Origin: a virus
DNA: 55,033 bases
Virus genome (UHGV): UHGV-0072939
Reading direction: 5' to 3' (one strand)
A program made the position numbers and the translations under genes. This document shows, piece by piece, positions 35,460-44,448 of this stretch; position 1 is the first letter of the stretch, and every line of letters begins with the position of its first letter. The notes below the pieces were generated by a model. It saw only the letters and a program-made list of their open reading frames with translations. It did no database searches and was not told the origin of the DNA.

Positions 35460-36026
35460 TTATTTCTCCATACACGAAGAGTTGTTCGCCAAGGCGCCCG
35501 GAGCTGCACACTCGCGGGCGTCACTTTTTTCCGGCGCACAAAACACACGAAACAGCAGCGTCAGATGCTCCTGCCACTTCGCCATCACCTGGTAACTGTT
35601 CTCTTCGATTTGCTCACGTTCTGCCGGGTCAATAACGCCGTCAGCGGTCGCCTTGCGCAGGTACTGTGAGTGTCTGCCGATCCATTCGATTGACTCCATC
35701 AGGCGCTGGTTGATGTCACCGTTGTCGACGTCATCAATGTCCACCAGCGGCACAAACACACCACCGCTACGGCGGGCTATCGCATCGGTGACGTACTTAG
35801 TGCCGCTGGCATCCTGCAGCACCATCGCCCACTCAAGCGGGAAAATCTGGTCGCCTTCGCTGCGCAGCCGGTTATAGAGCGCATCGGTTGAAACTTTTCC
35901 GGCGCGATACAGGCCAAGCCATTCAGCAGCTTCGGCATATCCGCCAGGCATTTCGGCGATAGTCCGTTTAATGGCAGCCACCAGCCAGGCGGGCTGTCGT
36001 TCGACTTTCCAGTGTTGTTTATCCAC
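35460..36026 (-). CDS. regulatory protein in the CII position (possibly YdaT-like); start uncertain
   Basis: ORF 35460-36128; GTG at 36026 with AAGGGG SD is the favoured start, to limit overlap with the cro-like gene. Confidence 0.4.
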   Translation of the reverse strand: MDKQHWKVERQPAWLVAAIKRTIAEMPGGYAEAAEWLGLYRAGKVSTDALYNRLRSEGDQIFPLEWAMVLQDASGTKYVTDAIARRSGGVFVPLVDIDDVDNGDINQRLMESIEWIGRHSQYLRKATADGVIDPAEREQIEENSYQVMAKWQEHLTLLFRVFCAPEKSDARECAAPGALANNSSCMEK

Positions 36027-36054
36027 GGTTGTCCCCTTGTTTCTGTGGTATTCG

Positions 36055-36252
36055 TTAAGCGACTGTCTGATTAGACTTTTGATAAAGAACGGAGCTGTAC
36101 TTGAGCTTTCCTTTCGTGATCCGCTCAATCACAAAAGCTTGCTTCTCGGGGATGATCTCCCCCCATCGACAAACTGCTGGATGGGAAATACCTAATGCAT
36201 TAGCAGTTTTGGCTACTCCGCCGAAGTGCTCTATGACTTCAGATTTGCGCAT
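36055..36252 (-). CDS. Cro-like HTH repressor
   Basis: 65 aa, AGGAGG SD, HTH (VAKTANALGISHPAVCRW); divergent from the cI-like gene. Confidence 0.7.
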   Translation of the reverse strand: MRKSEVIEHFGGVAKTANALGISHPAVCRWGEIIPEKQAFVIERITKGKLKYSSVLYQKSNQTVA

Positions 36253-36277
36253 GATTCCTCCTGGTTACCTTACGCAC

Positions 36278-36348
36278 CACAAGGTAACAAAAGGTACATT
36301 AAATAGCAAACAACAGTTACCATCAAAAGAGGTAACATTGGTTACATG
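36278..36348. promoter_or_regulatory. operator-like AGGTA direct-repeat pairs in the cro/cI intergenic region (OR-like)
   Basis: AAGGTAACAAAAGGTACATT and GAGGTAACATTGGTTACATG read directly; same unit recurs downstream of cI. Confidence 0.45.
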
Positions 36349-37005
36349 AAAACAGAGATGAAAGACCGTATTCGTTCGCGTCGAGTCCAGCTCGATATGA
36401 CTCAGCTTACCCTTGCCAAAAAGCTTGGGGTCAGTCGCGTGTCTGTAACGAAATGGGAGAATGGAACAACGAAGCCGGATGGTGAGAATTTACACCAACT
36501 TGCTGGTGTACTTCAGGTAACCCCGGAATGGATTCTCTATGGCAAAGGAGATGCTGACGTTGATGATATCAAATTAGTCCCCTTCCTTAAGCCGCCAACA
36601 GCAGTGCCTATTATATCAGCCGTTCAGGCTGGTTTATGGACAGAAACCTACGCCAGTTCAAGGCTTACAGACGTGATTGCATGGACACAAACTACAGCTA
36701 ATGTATCTGATGAGGTTTTCGGGTTAGTGGTCCGCGGAGAGTCAATGACTAACCCTCATGGATTGCCATCAATTCCAGAAGGTTCCATTGTTATCGTTGA
36801 ACCACATTTCGGGCAAATTGATGATCTTTACGGGAAAATAGTCGTTGCCACACTGGAAGGCTCTACCGAAGCGACTGTAAAAAAATTAGTGTGGGATAGC
36901 CCATTCGCCTATCTCATGCCACTTAACCCAGCTTTCAAGCCTATCCAAATTGACGGAAACTGCCGAATTGTCGGCAAAGTCGTCCAAATAACCCAGAACA
37001 TTTAA
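36346..37005 (+). CDS. CI-like prophage repressor (HTH plus S24 peptidase domain)
   Basis: 219 aa; N-terminal HTH (LTQLTLAKKLGVSRVSVTKWENG), C-terminal GESM...K (VVRGESMTNP, KKL) LexA-type autocleavage domain. Confidence 0.85.
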   Translation: MKTEMKDRIRSRRVQLDMTQLTLAKKLGVSRVSVTKWENGTTKPDGENLHQLAGVLQVTPEWILYGKGDADVDDIKLVPFLKPPTAVPIISAVQAGLWTETYASSRLTDVIAWTQTTANVSDEVFGLVVRGESMTNPHGLPSIPEGSIVIVEPHFGQIDDLYGKIVVATLEGSTEATVKKLVWDSPFAYLMPLNPAFKPIQIDGNCRIVGKVVQITQNI

Positions 37006-37020
37006 CCCCCCAGATATGTA

Positions 37021-37047
37021 GCCAAAGTTACCTTTGGCTATTTTTTT
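37021..37047 (+). terminator. intrinsic terminator downstream of the cI-like gene
   Basis: GCCAAAG-TTAC-CTTTGGC hairpin followed by TATTTTTTT. Confidence 0.7.
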
Positions 37048-37053
37048 ACCCCT

Positions 37054-37109
37054 AAAGGTAACATTAGGTACATTTCACGCTTGACCATCAAGGTAACTAA
37101 AGGTACATT
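37054..37109 (+). promoter_or_regulatory. candidate early rightward promoter with overlapping operator repeats (PL-like)
   Basis: two AGGTAAC-N-AGGTACATT repeat pairs; TTGACC (37081) 17 bp upstream of TACATT (37104). Confidence 0.4.
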
Positions 37110-37847
37110 CAATCCATCAACAGCGAACAGGCAGGACGCCCACGAAGTAGCCGCCGGTGGCATACGAAAAACCGGATGATTCGCTGACAGGTGTCTTCGG
37201 GAGGGGTAACAGGGTCGCGGCCTGATTAACCGCTACTCGTAGTCAAATTCCTACAGCTGGTGGCGATACCCAAGCCAGGAATACCTAAAACCAGCAGGGA
37301 GTGTTAAGGACAAGGGCTAATCATCCCCCTTAGCACCCCGCCCGAAGATCCCTGTTATTGCCAACGACCCTTTCTGGCGGCCCGTGTTTTCCCTTATGTC
37401 CGCGGTCACCGCCAGCTTTTTCAGGGCACAACATGCAAGCGCATTCTATCTAACATCGGTCGTGGGGACTGGTTTGTAACTGAAAGAGTGCGCTTCCAGT
37501 TGTGATGTGCTCAAGCGAGCTGCAGCGCCGGCCGACGCAAAGACCTGTGAATCGGCTTAGCCGCAGTTTCTGGCGGCCAATACCAAAACAGAGCGGCAGG
37601 AAGTAAGCGGGTTAGCGACCCGGTGTCACAACGTTCAATCCCGATAAGCACCCTTGCGAGGATGTTTATCGGGACTGGAAGAGTTACCACTTGGAGACGG
37701 TCCTTATAAATGTCCTGGGAAGTGGCGCTTTGGTCGCGATAACAACCACTCCAGTTGATCCTGGGAGTTATCAGGTCAGTGAGCTGCCAGCACTCTCGAC
37801 GGCAGTGACGGCGGGAAGTAGACCGCTGACAGCTGGGAAAGACCAGC

Positions 37848-37936
37848 ACACAACAGATAAGAGCATCGCCGGGCGACGGGCTCATAACCCAACCCACCCG
37901 GGCGGTTGCAGCCGCAGGTGCTCTTATCTGTTGTGT
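37848..37936 (+). other. perfect 18-bp inverted repeat (ACACAACAGATAAGAGCA / TGCTCTTATCTGTTGTGT) with 53-bp GC-rich spacer in a long untranslated leader
   Basis: read directly; right arm contains boxA-like TGCTCTTA; lies ~50 nt upstream of the first early ORF. Confidence 0.6.
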
Positions 37937-37985
37937 ATGGAGATAACTTACTGGCGGTGGCAGCCGCCGTTACGAGGGTAAACCG

Positions 37986-38357
37986 ATGAGCAATGATCGC
38001 ATGACCATAGTGCCCGATTTCCTGGGCGAACTGGATGCCGGGGTGTTCATGAACAAAATCGCGGCAGCTTTAAACACCACCGCGCTTGGTGTTCTGAATA
38101 ACGGCAGCAAAGGCAAAGTAGTCCTCACCTTTGACTTTGAGCGTATGGGTAACTCCGTCGAGGAGAAGCGCGTCAAGATCAAGCACAAGCTGAACTACAG
38201 CACCCCAACTCCGCGCGGTAAAGCCTCCGAAGAAGACACCACCGAAACACCTATGTGGGTTAACAAAGGTGGCAAGCTGACCATCCTGCAGGAAGATCAG
38301 GGGCAGTTGTTCGGGATCAACGGCGGCGTTGACGGAAAGCTTAAAGCGGCACAGTGA
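37986..38357 (+). CDS. hypothetical early protein (123 aa)
   Basis: GAGGGT SD before ATG 37986; first gene of rightward early operon. Confidence 0.4.
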   Translation: MSNDRMTIVPDFLGELDAGVFMNKIAAALNTTALGVLNNGSKGKVVLTFDFERMGNSVEEKRVKIKHKLNYSTPTPRGKASEEDTTETPMWVNKGGKLTILQEDQGQLFGINGGVDGKLKAAQ

Positions 38358-38410
38358 TCCGCAGCAGACAAATCACTGACATCACTTTGACCACATATTA
38401 AGGAAATTTT

Positions 38411-39241
38411 ATGTCCCAGATTTTAGACGGCAATGCCCTGCAGCAGGTGAAAGACCTGGTTCTTTCCGGTTACCACCTGACTGCTGTTAAAGAAACGGCA
38501 TGCCCTACCGCCCTTCTCCCTGAAGGCGTAAACGTTGAAAGCCTCGAGCGTTTCGACCTGGAGCGTTTTCGTTTCCGCGGCGCCATGACCACAACCAGCA
38601 TTCCTGATTTTGTGCGTTATGCGGCTGGCTACGCCAACGAGGCCGAACCAGCGCGCTGCTTTATCGATGCTGACAACATGACCGCACGCTCCGTCTTTAA
38701 TATCGGTACGCTGGCTAACCCAGGCCATGCTGATAACGTCGCCTCTATCACCCTCAAAAAGACAGCACCATACCGAGCCCTGCTCCAGATTAACGGTGAT
38801 CGTCTGGGTCAGAAAGAAATAGCTGAGTGGCTGGAAGACTGGGCCGACTACCTCACCGCATTTGATGCCGACGGGAATGTATTGTCCATCGCGCAAGCAG
38901 CTGGTGCTGTTCGCCGCGTCAACATTAAACAAGTCTCAGAAGCAGCTCATGAAGACGAAGACTTTGGCGGCAGAAAGTCCCTGATGCAGAGCGTTGAAGC
39001 CAGCAGCAAAGACGTCATGCCGGTGGCCTTTGAGTTCAAATGCGTGCCATATGAAGGCCTGGGCGAACGCCGCTTTAGTCTGCGCAATAGCCTGCTCAAA
39101 AGTGGGGAACCGATATTTGTGCTGCGCATTGTTCAACTGGAAGCCCAGGAAGAAGCTATCGCCAATGAGTTCCGAGATCTGCTGATCGAGAAATTCACCG
39201 ATAAGCCGGTAGAAACCTTCATCGGTAATTTCAAAGCGTAA
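38411..39241 (+). CDS. YfdQ/DUF2303-like early protein
   Basis: 276 aa; recalled resemblance to CPS-53 prophage YfdQ; followed by HD-domain gene as in that prophage. Confidence 0.45.
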   Translation: MSQILDGNALQQVKDLVLSGYHLTAVKETACPTALLPEGVNVESLERFDLERFRFRGAMTTTSIPDFVRYAAGYANEAEPARCFIDADNMTARSVFNIGTLANPGHADNVASITLKKTAPYRALLQINGDRLGQKEIAEWLEDWADYLTAFDADGNVLSIAQAAGAVRRVNIKQVSEAAHEDEDFGGRKSLMQSVEASSKDVMPVAFEFKCVPYEGLGERRFSLRNSLLKSGEPIFVLRIVQLEAQEEAIANEFRDLLIEKFTDKPVETFIGNFKA

Positions 39242-39377
39242 TTGCATTGCCTTAATTGCCCTGCGCGCCGGGGCAATTAGTGAAGCGTAATTCCGTTAAT
39301 TATCGCCACCTGGCGAGGGATTCGCATACCCAAAAACAGCCGCAGGTGCAGCTGCGAAAATATGGAGAAGTACAGCG

Positions 39378-39917
39378 ATGAGCTATATCCAGACACTTTC
39401 TGGCAAGCATTTTGACTACATCAACGCCACCACTGACGATATTGATATCGAAGATATCGCCAACGCGCTTTCTAATATCTGTCGCTTCGCCGGCCACCTG
39501 CCGGAGTTCTACAGCGTCGCCCAGCACTCTGTGCTAGCCAGCCAGATTGTACCGCCTGAGCTTGCCCTGGAAGCGCTGCTGCACGATGCGGCGGAAGCCT
39601 ACTGCCAGGACATTCCGGCGCCGCTGAAAGCCCTGCTGCCGGATTACCGCCGCATTGAAACGGAGGTGGATGACTTGATCCGCAGCAAGTTCAACCTCCC
39701 GATGCACCAGACGGACGTGGTGAAGTATGCCGACCTGATGATGCTGGCCACTGAGCGGCGCGACCTCGAGATCGATGACGGGTCAGTGTGGCCCTGCCTC
39801 GAGGGTATCCCCTGCTCCGATATCGTGCAGATTGTCCCGCTGCGACCGGGCCAGGCGTTTGGTCTTTTCATGAATCGCTTTAACGAGCTGATGGAGATCC
39901 GCAAATGCGCCGCCTGA
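39378..39917 (+). CDS. HD-domain phosphohydrolase (YfdR-like 5'-deoxynucleotidase)
   Basis: 179 aa; H...HD...D metal-binding pattern (AQHSV, LLHDAAEAY). Confidence 0.6.
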   Translation: MSYIQTLSGKHFDYINATTDDIDIEDIANALSNICRFAGHLPEFYSVAQHSVLASQIVPPELALEALLHDAAEAYCQDIPAPLKALLPDYRRIETEVDDLIRSKFNLPMHQTDVVKYADLMMLATERRDLEIDDGSVWPCLEGIPCSDIVQIVPLRPGQAFGLFMNRFNELMEIRKCAA

Positions 39918-40120
39918 AGGTGAAAGAACTTGTCACAGAGGCGCATGCCGCTGTGCCGGGACTACCACCAGCTACAGCAGCGCTGATGCGCGAGATGGCG
40001 ACCAGACTCGATGTCACCTTTACAGCATTGACCGAGTTGATGGATCAGCGGGTGGCGCTTATGGCTGAAATCGAATGTCTGCGTGACAGCAGCAGCGTTA
40101 GTAAGGAGCGTGCAGCGTGA
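39905..40120 (+). CDS. hypothetical small protein (71 aa)
   Basis: ORF overlapping neighbours by a few nt; no family recognised. Confidence 0.35.
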   Translation: MRRLKVKELVTEAHAAVPGLPPATAALMREMATRLDVTFTALTELMDQRVALMAEIECLRDSSSVSKERAA

Positions 40121-40944
40121 CAGTTCATACATTAAGACAATGTCGTCCAGACCAGGAAGAGACAGAGTATTTCTGGAAACTTTTTCATGCTGCGCAGCGT
40201 AATGATGCTCGTTGGCACGGCAGTGAAATCGGCTTTATTGCTGAAGAACTTTCCCGCACGGATTTGGACCGCAACCAGAAGCTCTTTCTCCTGCGCGCCT
40301 GGCAGGTGCTCGTCGATGATAAAGGCGGGTTTGGGCGCTTTATGGGGGCGTTCGATACCTATGTGTTCAATATGCAGGATCCTGATGATGACTGCGTAGC
40401 GTGGAAACCTGAACTGAGCAAGCTGCTACAGGACGGTGATCTGCTGGATGTTGTGCTGGAGGCATATACCGAAGCGCAACGGCGCATCGCCGAGTTGGAA
40501 GCCAGAACGCTGGCAGTGAAGCTGCTAGATGAGTTTTACACCATCGCCGAAAATATCCACACTCAGGACAACCGGATCACTTCAGACCCGATGTTTTGCG
40601 TATACCAAAAGCGTGAAATTGTTGTCGATGCAGACTACGACTATGACCGCATTGTATGGGTTGATGAAGAAGGCAATGAAGCCAGCCCGCACCAGAGCGC
40701 GCGTCTTGAATTACTCCATGAAAACTTTCGCGAGCCGCCTGAAAAATGGCGCAGAATTGCGGTGAAAGAGATTGATGATTTCGTTACCTGCTGCTTTACC
40801 GAGCAGGGTTGCAAAGACTACTTGGCGTGCAATGGCCATAATCTTCGCCTGCCATTTATCTACGTAAAAAGCGGATTCAGGAATGCTGAATACATCGGCC
40901 TTCGAAACTGGTTAGCTGGCATCACTGTAAGCGAGGGAGAGTGA
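40117..40944 (+). CDS. hypothetical early protein (275 aa)
   Basis: ORF with ATGA-type coupling; no family recognised. Confidence 0.4.
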   Translation: MTVHTLRQCRPDQEETEYFWKLFHAAQRNDARWHGSEIGFIAEELSRTDLDRNQKLFLLRAWQVLVDDKGGFGRFMGAFDTYVFNMQDPDDDCVAWKPELSKLLQDGDLLDVVLEAYTEAQRRIAELEARTLAVKLLDEFYTIAENIHTQDNRITSDPMFCVYQKREIVVDADYDYDRIVWVDEEGNEASPHQSARLELLHENFREPPEKWRRIAVKEIDDFVTCCFTEQGCKDYLACNGHNLRLPFIYVKSGFRNAEYIGLRNWLAGITVSEGE

Positions 40945-40945
40945 T

Positions 40946-41365
40946 ATGGCTCTGACCAAAAAACAGCGTGCAGAATTGCGAATGAAGTTCGGCGGTCGCT
41001 GCGCTTATTGTGGTTGCGAATTGCCGGAAAAGGGCTGGCACGCCGATCACGTAGAAGCTGCGTTACGGAAATGGGAATTTGGGGACCGCCAGGCCAATGG
41101 AACACGCCGCACAGTTGCCACTGGAGAATTCTGGAAGCCTGAGAACGATTCTCTAGAAAACCTTTTCCCGGCCTGCGCCCCCTGCAATTTGTTTAAGGCT
41201 ACTTTCAGCATCGCACTATTCCGCCATGAGATAGCGCAGCAGGCGGAGCGTGCCCGCGCATACAGCGTCAATTTCCGCACAGCTGAACGTTTTGGCCTGG
41301 TTGAAGTGATAGAAAAGCCAGTTGTGTTCTGGTTCGAACGGTATCAGGAAGGAGTGCCAGCATGA
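40946..41365 (+). CDS. HNH endonuclease
   Basis: 139 aa; CxxC ... HADH ... CAPCN zinc/HNH motif arrangement. Confidence 0.7.
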   Translation: MALTKKQRAELRMKFGGRCAYCGCELPEKGWHADHVEAALRKWEFGDRQANGTRRTVATGEFWKPENDSLENLFPACAPCNLFKATFSIALFRHEIAQQAERARAYSVNFRTAERFGLVEVIEKPVVFWFERYQEGVPA

Positions 41366-41859
41366 CCAATAACAACCTGACAGAAGAAGAGTTGAACGGC
41401 CTCGCCGAAGAAATGCAGCTGTGCGCCAACCGCTGCCGACACCAGGGCTTGGAGGGTAACGCGCGGGAGTATGACCAAATTATTTGTGCCCTGCGCGAGC
41501 TTCAGCAGCGCCGGAAAGCTGATGAGCTGTCGATCCAGACAGCGCCAGCGCTGTATTCTTTATCAAAAACAGGCGAAGTGCGCTGTAGCAACTATCCGGT
41601 AATTCCGGATGGATACTGCATCATGCCTGTAACGCTGACTGCGGAGAATGGCGCGAAACGTGCTTTATCTGGTGAGTTCAGCATACCCCGTTCCGTTACT
41701 TGTCCTGAGTGTGGCGGCGACGGTTGCAGTGATTGTGATGGGCGCGGCGACTGGAATGAGGATCAGATCATTGACTGGCCGACAATAAAACTCATCTACC
41801 AAAAAGCAGTAGAAGCATGCGCAATAGCCGCAACACAGAAACAGGATAAATCAGCATGA
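41362..41859 (+). CDS. hypothetical Cys-rich protein (CPECGGDGCSDCDGRG zinc-ribbon-like)
   Basis: 165 aa; CxxCxGxG repeats. Confidence 0.4.
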   Translation: MTNNNLTEEELNGLAEEMQLCANRCRHQGLEGNAREYDQIICALRELQQRRKADELSIQTAPALYSLSKTGEVRCSNYPVIPDGYCIMPVTLTAENGAKRALSGEFSIPRSVTCPECGGDGCSDCDGRGDWNEDQIIDWPTIKLIYQKAVEACAIAATQKQDKSA

Positions 41860-42425
41860 ACCACTTAATGATCGACCTCGAAACCATGGGTAACAAGCCA
41901 AAGGCGCCAATTGTCTCCATCGGTGCCGTGTTGTTTGACCCGCAGAGCGGCGCGCTGGGCGAAGAGTTTTACACGGCCGTGCAGCTCGAAAGTGCAATGG
42001 TACAAGGCGCGGTTCCTGACGGTGACACCATCATCTGGTGGATGAAGCAAAGCCCGGAAGCCAGAGCAGCGATTTGCGCTGATGATGCTATGCCTGTAGA
42101 TGCAGCGCTTTCCGAGTTGAGCCACTTCATCAACCGTCACGCGGACAACCCGAAATATTTGAAGGTGTGGGGCAATGGCGCAAACTTCGACAACGTCATT
42201 ATTCGAGGCGCGTACGAGCGTGCCGGCCATATTTGCCCCTGGCAATTCTGGAACGATCAGGACGTGCGCACGATGGTGACCCTCGGTCGCGCTATTGGCT
42301 TCGACCCGAAGCGGGATATGCCGTTTGATGGTGAGGTGCATAACGCGCTGGCCGACGCCCGCCACCAGGCCAAATATGTTTCTGCTATCTGGCAGCGACT
42401 GGTGCCCACCAGCACCGAAGAGTAA
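41856..42425 (+). CDS. DEDDh-type 3'-5' exonuclease
   Basis: 189 aa; IDLETMG (exo I) and HNALADA (exo III) motifs. Confidence 0.75.
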   Translation: MNHLMIDLETMGNKPKAPIVSIGAVLFDPQSGALGEEFYTAVQLESAMVQGAVPDGDTIIWWMKQSPEARAAICADDAMPVDAALSELSHFINRHADNPKYLKVWGNGANFDNVIIRGAYERAGHICPWQFWNDQDVRTMVTLGRAIGFDPKRDMPFDGEVHNALADARHQAKYVSAIWQRLVPTSTEE

Positions 42426-42467
42426 AGGTAAATGCCCGGGTGCAGCCGGGCTGTGTGGAGAAACTAC

Positions 42468-42839
42468 ATGACCAAGTTGATCAACAAAAAAGTATGCGCC
42501 CTTACCGGACGACAGCGACAAGTTCTGGACTTTGTTACCCAGTACATCGCCAGTCACGGTATGCCACCCACTAAATCTGAAATCGCTGTCGGGATGGGAT
42601 TTTGCTCGACAAATGCAGCTGTTGAACACTTACGCGCATTGGAGAAGAAAGGCTTCATAGAGATACGTACTGGTGTTTCGCGCGGGATCATGCCTGTAGC
42701 AAAGCGAGAAATATCGCTACCATCCACCAGCAATGAAGATTACTGGTTTGATGGCACTTTTCAGCATCGGCGCTATGAGCGTGATATATGCAAAGCAGTT
42801 GAAGCGATGGGATTAAAGGTTTTGGGGGGTGGATCATGA
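42468..42839 (+). CDS. LexA N-terminal DNA-binding-domain homologue lacking the peptidase domain
   Basis: about 123 aa from ATG 42468 (GGAG SD); LTGRQRQVLDFVTQYIASHGMPPTKSEIAVGMGFCSTNAAVEHLRALEKKGFIEIRTGVSRGI closely parallels the LexA winged-helix domain; no GDSM/KR domain follows. Confidence 0.7.
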   Translation: MTKLINKKVCALTGRQRQVLDFVTQYIASHGMPPTKSEIAVGMGFCSTNAAVEHLRALEKKGFIEIRTGVSRGIMPVAKREISLPSTSNEDYWFDGTFQHRRYERDICKAVEAMGLKVLGGGS

Positions 42840-43045
42840 ATCTTGAATGCGTACCCATATCAACTTACTGCCGTGACTCCGGCGAGACCGTAGAAGCTGT
42901 TAATAAACGGATACAAAGGGGATTATGGCAGGAAGGGGTCCATATATTAAAGATCGATGGCGTAAAAGAGCGCTGGATTGATTTAACTGAGGTCACGAAA
43001 TGGGCGAGAAAAAACAAGGATCCTTACAGCTCCCACGCGGTATAA
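42836..43045 (+). CDS. excisionase-like protein
   Basis: 69 aa immediately upstream of and overlapping the integrase gene. Confidence 0.5.
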   Translation: MNLECVPISTYCRDSGETVEAVNKRIQRGLWQEGVHILKIDGVKERWIDLTEVTKWARKNKDPYSSHAV

Positions 43046-44175
43046 CCGCGCGCCATCATAAGAACGGCTCAACACTTATTATCACGTTCACATATAAAGG
43101 GGTTCTATGCCGGGAACCCCTTTCCCGTATCGAGCTGAATCCAAAGGGTATAAAATATGCAGAACGCCTCCTGGGAGAGGTTCAGAACAGAATTGCGGAG
43201 GGTGATTTCGATTATGCCAAATACTTCCCAAAATCTAAGAAGTTGGATATTTTTGGGAAAGTTAACCGGACAAAAAACATCAAGTCTTATCTCGATGAAT
43301 ATCTGGAGATCTGCGCAAATCGAAACTTATCGCCATCGACAATTGGAGGGTATGAAAAATGCCTCTCAGCTCTGTCTGATTTACATAAACTACACGTCGC
43401 CGAGCTTACACCGGCAGTATTGAAAAACTGGATCGCCAGCCGGAAAACAAAGCTTAAAACGATACGAAACAACCTCTCATTTTTGCGTAGCGCAATCGAT
43501 GAGGCAGTGACTGATGGGCTGTTGACGATAAACCCGGTTACGCTTGTCAGCGCCAGCCGGTACCACGTGATCGACAGCACGCCGAACCCCGACGATTACG
43601 AGGTGGATCCGTTCACACCTGCAGAGGCCAGCGCCATTTACATGCACTGCAGGTTTCAGGAATGGGAAAACCTGTTCCGCTTTGCATTTAACACCGGGAT
43701 GCGTAGTTCTGAACTGTGCGCGTTGCGCTGGCCTGATATCGACTTTATCGAGAATACTGCTCACGTTCAGGCAGCCAGCGTTGTCGGTGTGCTGAAGGGT
43801 ACCAAGACAAAAGCTGGTACCCGTAAAGTCGAGCTGAATAGCGATGCGCTGTCGGCGCTGCAGGCGCAAAAGCCATTCACCTTTATGAAGAGCGATTTCA
43901 TCTTCAGCGATCCTAAAACAGAGAAACCATGGGCAAACGCTGATGCGATTCGAAAAAAGGCCTGGGTCCCCACGTTGAAGAAAGCAGGAGTTCGGTACCG
44001 AAACCCATATCAAACACGCCATACGTTCGCTACGCGCCACATCAGCCAAGGCGTTAACCTTTTCTGGTTGGCCGGGCAAATGGGGCACAAAGGACCGGAA
44101 ATGTTGTTCCGTCACTATGGTTCCTACCTGGCTGCTTATGATGGGAAAACGGCAATTGAAGCGAGGAAATTTTGA
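43000..44175 (+). CDS. tyrosine integrase (lambda Int family)
   Basis: 391 aa; C-terminal catalytic region with R...HTFATRH...Y pattern (RHTFATRH, HYGSY). Confidence 0.9.
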   Translation: MGEKKQGSLQLPRGITARHHKNGSTLIITFTYKGVLCREPLSRIELNPKGIKYAERLLGEVQNRIAEGDFDYAKYFPKSKKLDIFGKVNRTKNIKSYLDEYLEICANRNLSPSTIGGYEKCLSALSDLHKLHVAELTPAVLKNWIASRKTKLKTIRNNLSFLRSAIDEAVTDGLLTINPVTLVSASRYHVIDSTPNPDDYEVDPFTPAEASAIYMHCRFQEWENLFRFAFNTGMRSSELCALRWPDIDFIENTAHVQAASVVGVLKGTKTKAGTRKVELNSDALSALQAQKPFTFMKSDFIFSDPKTEKPWANADAIRKKAWVPTLKKAGVRYRNPYQTRHTFATRHISQGVNLFWLAGQMGHKGPEMLFRHYGSYLAAYDGKTAIEARKF

Positions 44176-44283
44176 GTCCTTCCTGACGGAGGGAGGACAT
44201 CGCAAGGACATGAAAATGCACGTAAAATGCACTCACAGAGTTTTTAAAAGTTAATTTTGTTATATATCAATACATTAAGATAG

Positions 44284-44319
44284 TTTCGGACACGGGTTCA
44301 ACTCCCGCCAGCTCCACCA
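44284..44319 (+). other. prophage attachment site: partial copy of the tmRNA (ssrA) 3' end
   Basis: TTTCGGACACGGGTTCAACTCCCGCCAGCTCCACCA matches the recalled 3' end of E. coli tmRNA with one mismatch; upstream sequence is not tmRNA, so this is a partial att copy. Confidence 0.7.
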
Positions 44320-44448
44320 ATCATGATTGGACGGTGTAAGGACAACACCAACAAAAACAGGAAGTTAGAAGTCTCAGCAAAACACCGACCAGACGGTGAG
44401 GAGACATAAAAGGATACGCAAAGGAGCCGCGGCTCCTGGTAACATGAA

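Noticed and set aside
37511-37981. Two ORFs (128 aa on the minus strand, 96 aa on the plus strand) in the long early leader
   Set aside because: No RBS; overlap each other and the 18-bp inverted repeat; Cys/Arg/Trp-rich translations without coding character; region treated as non-coding RNA or leader instead
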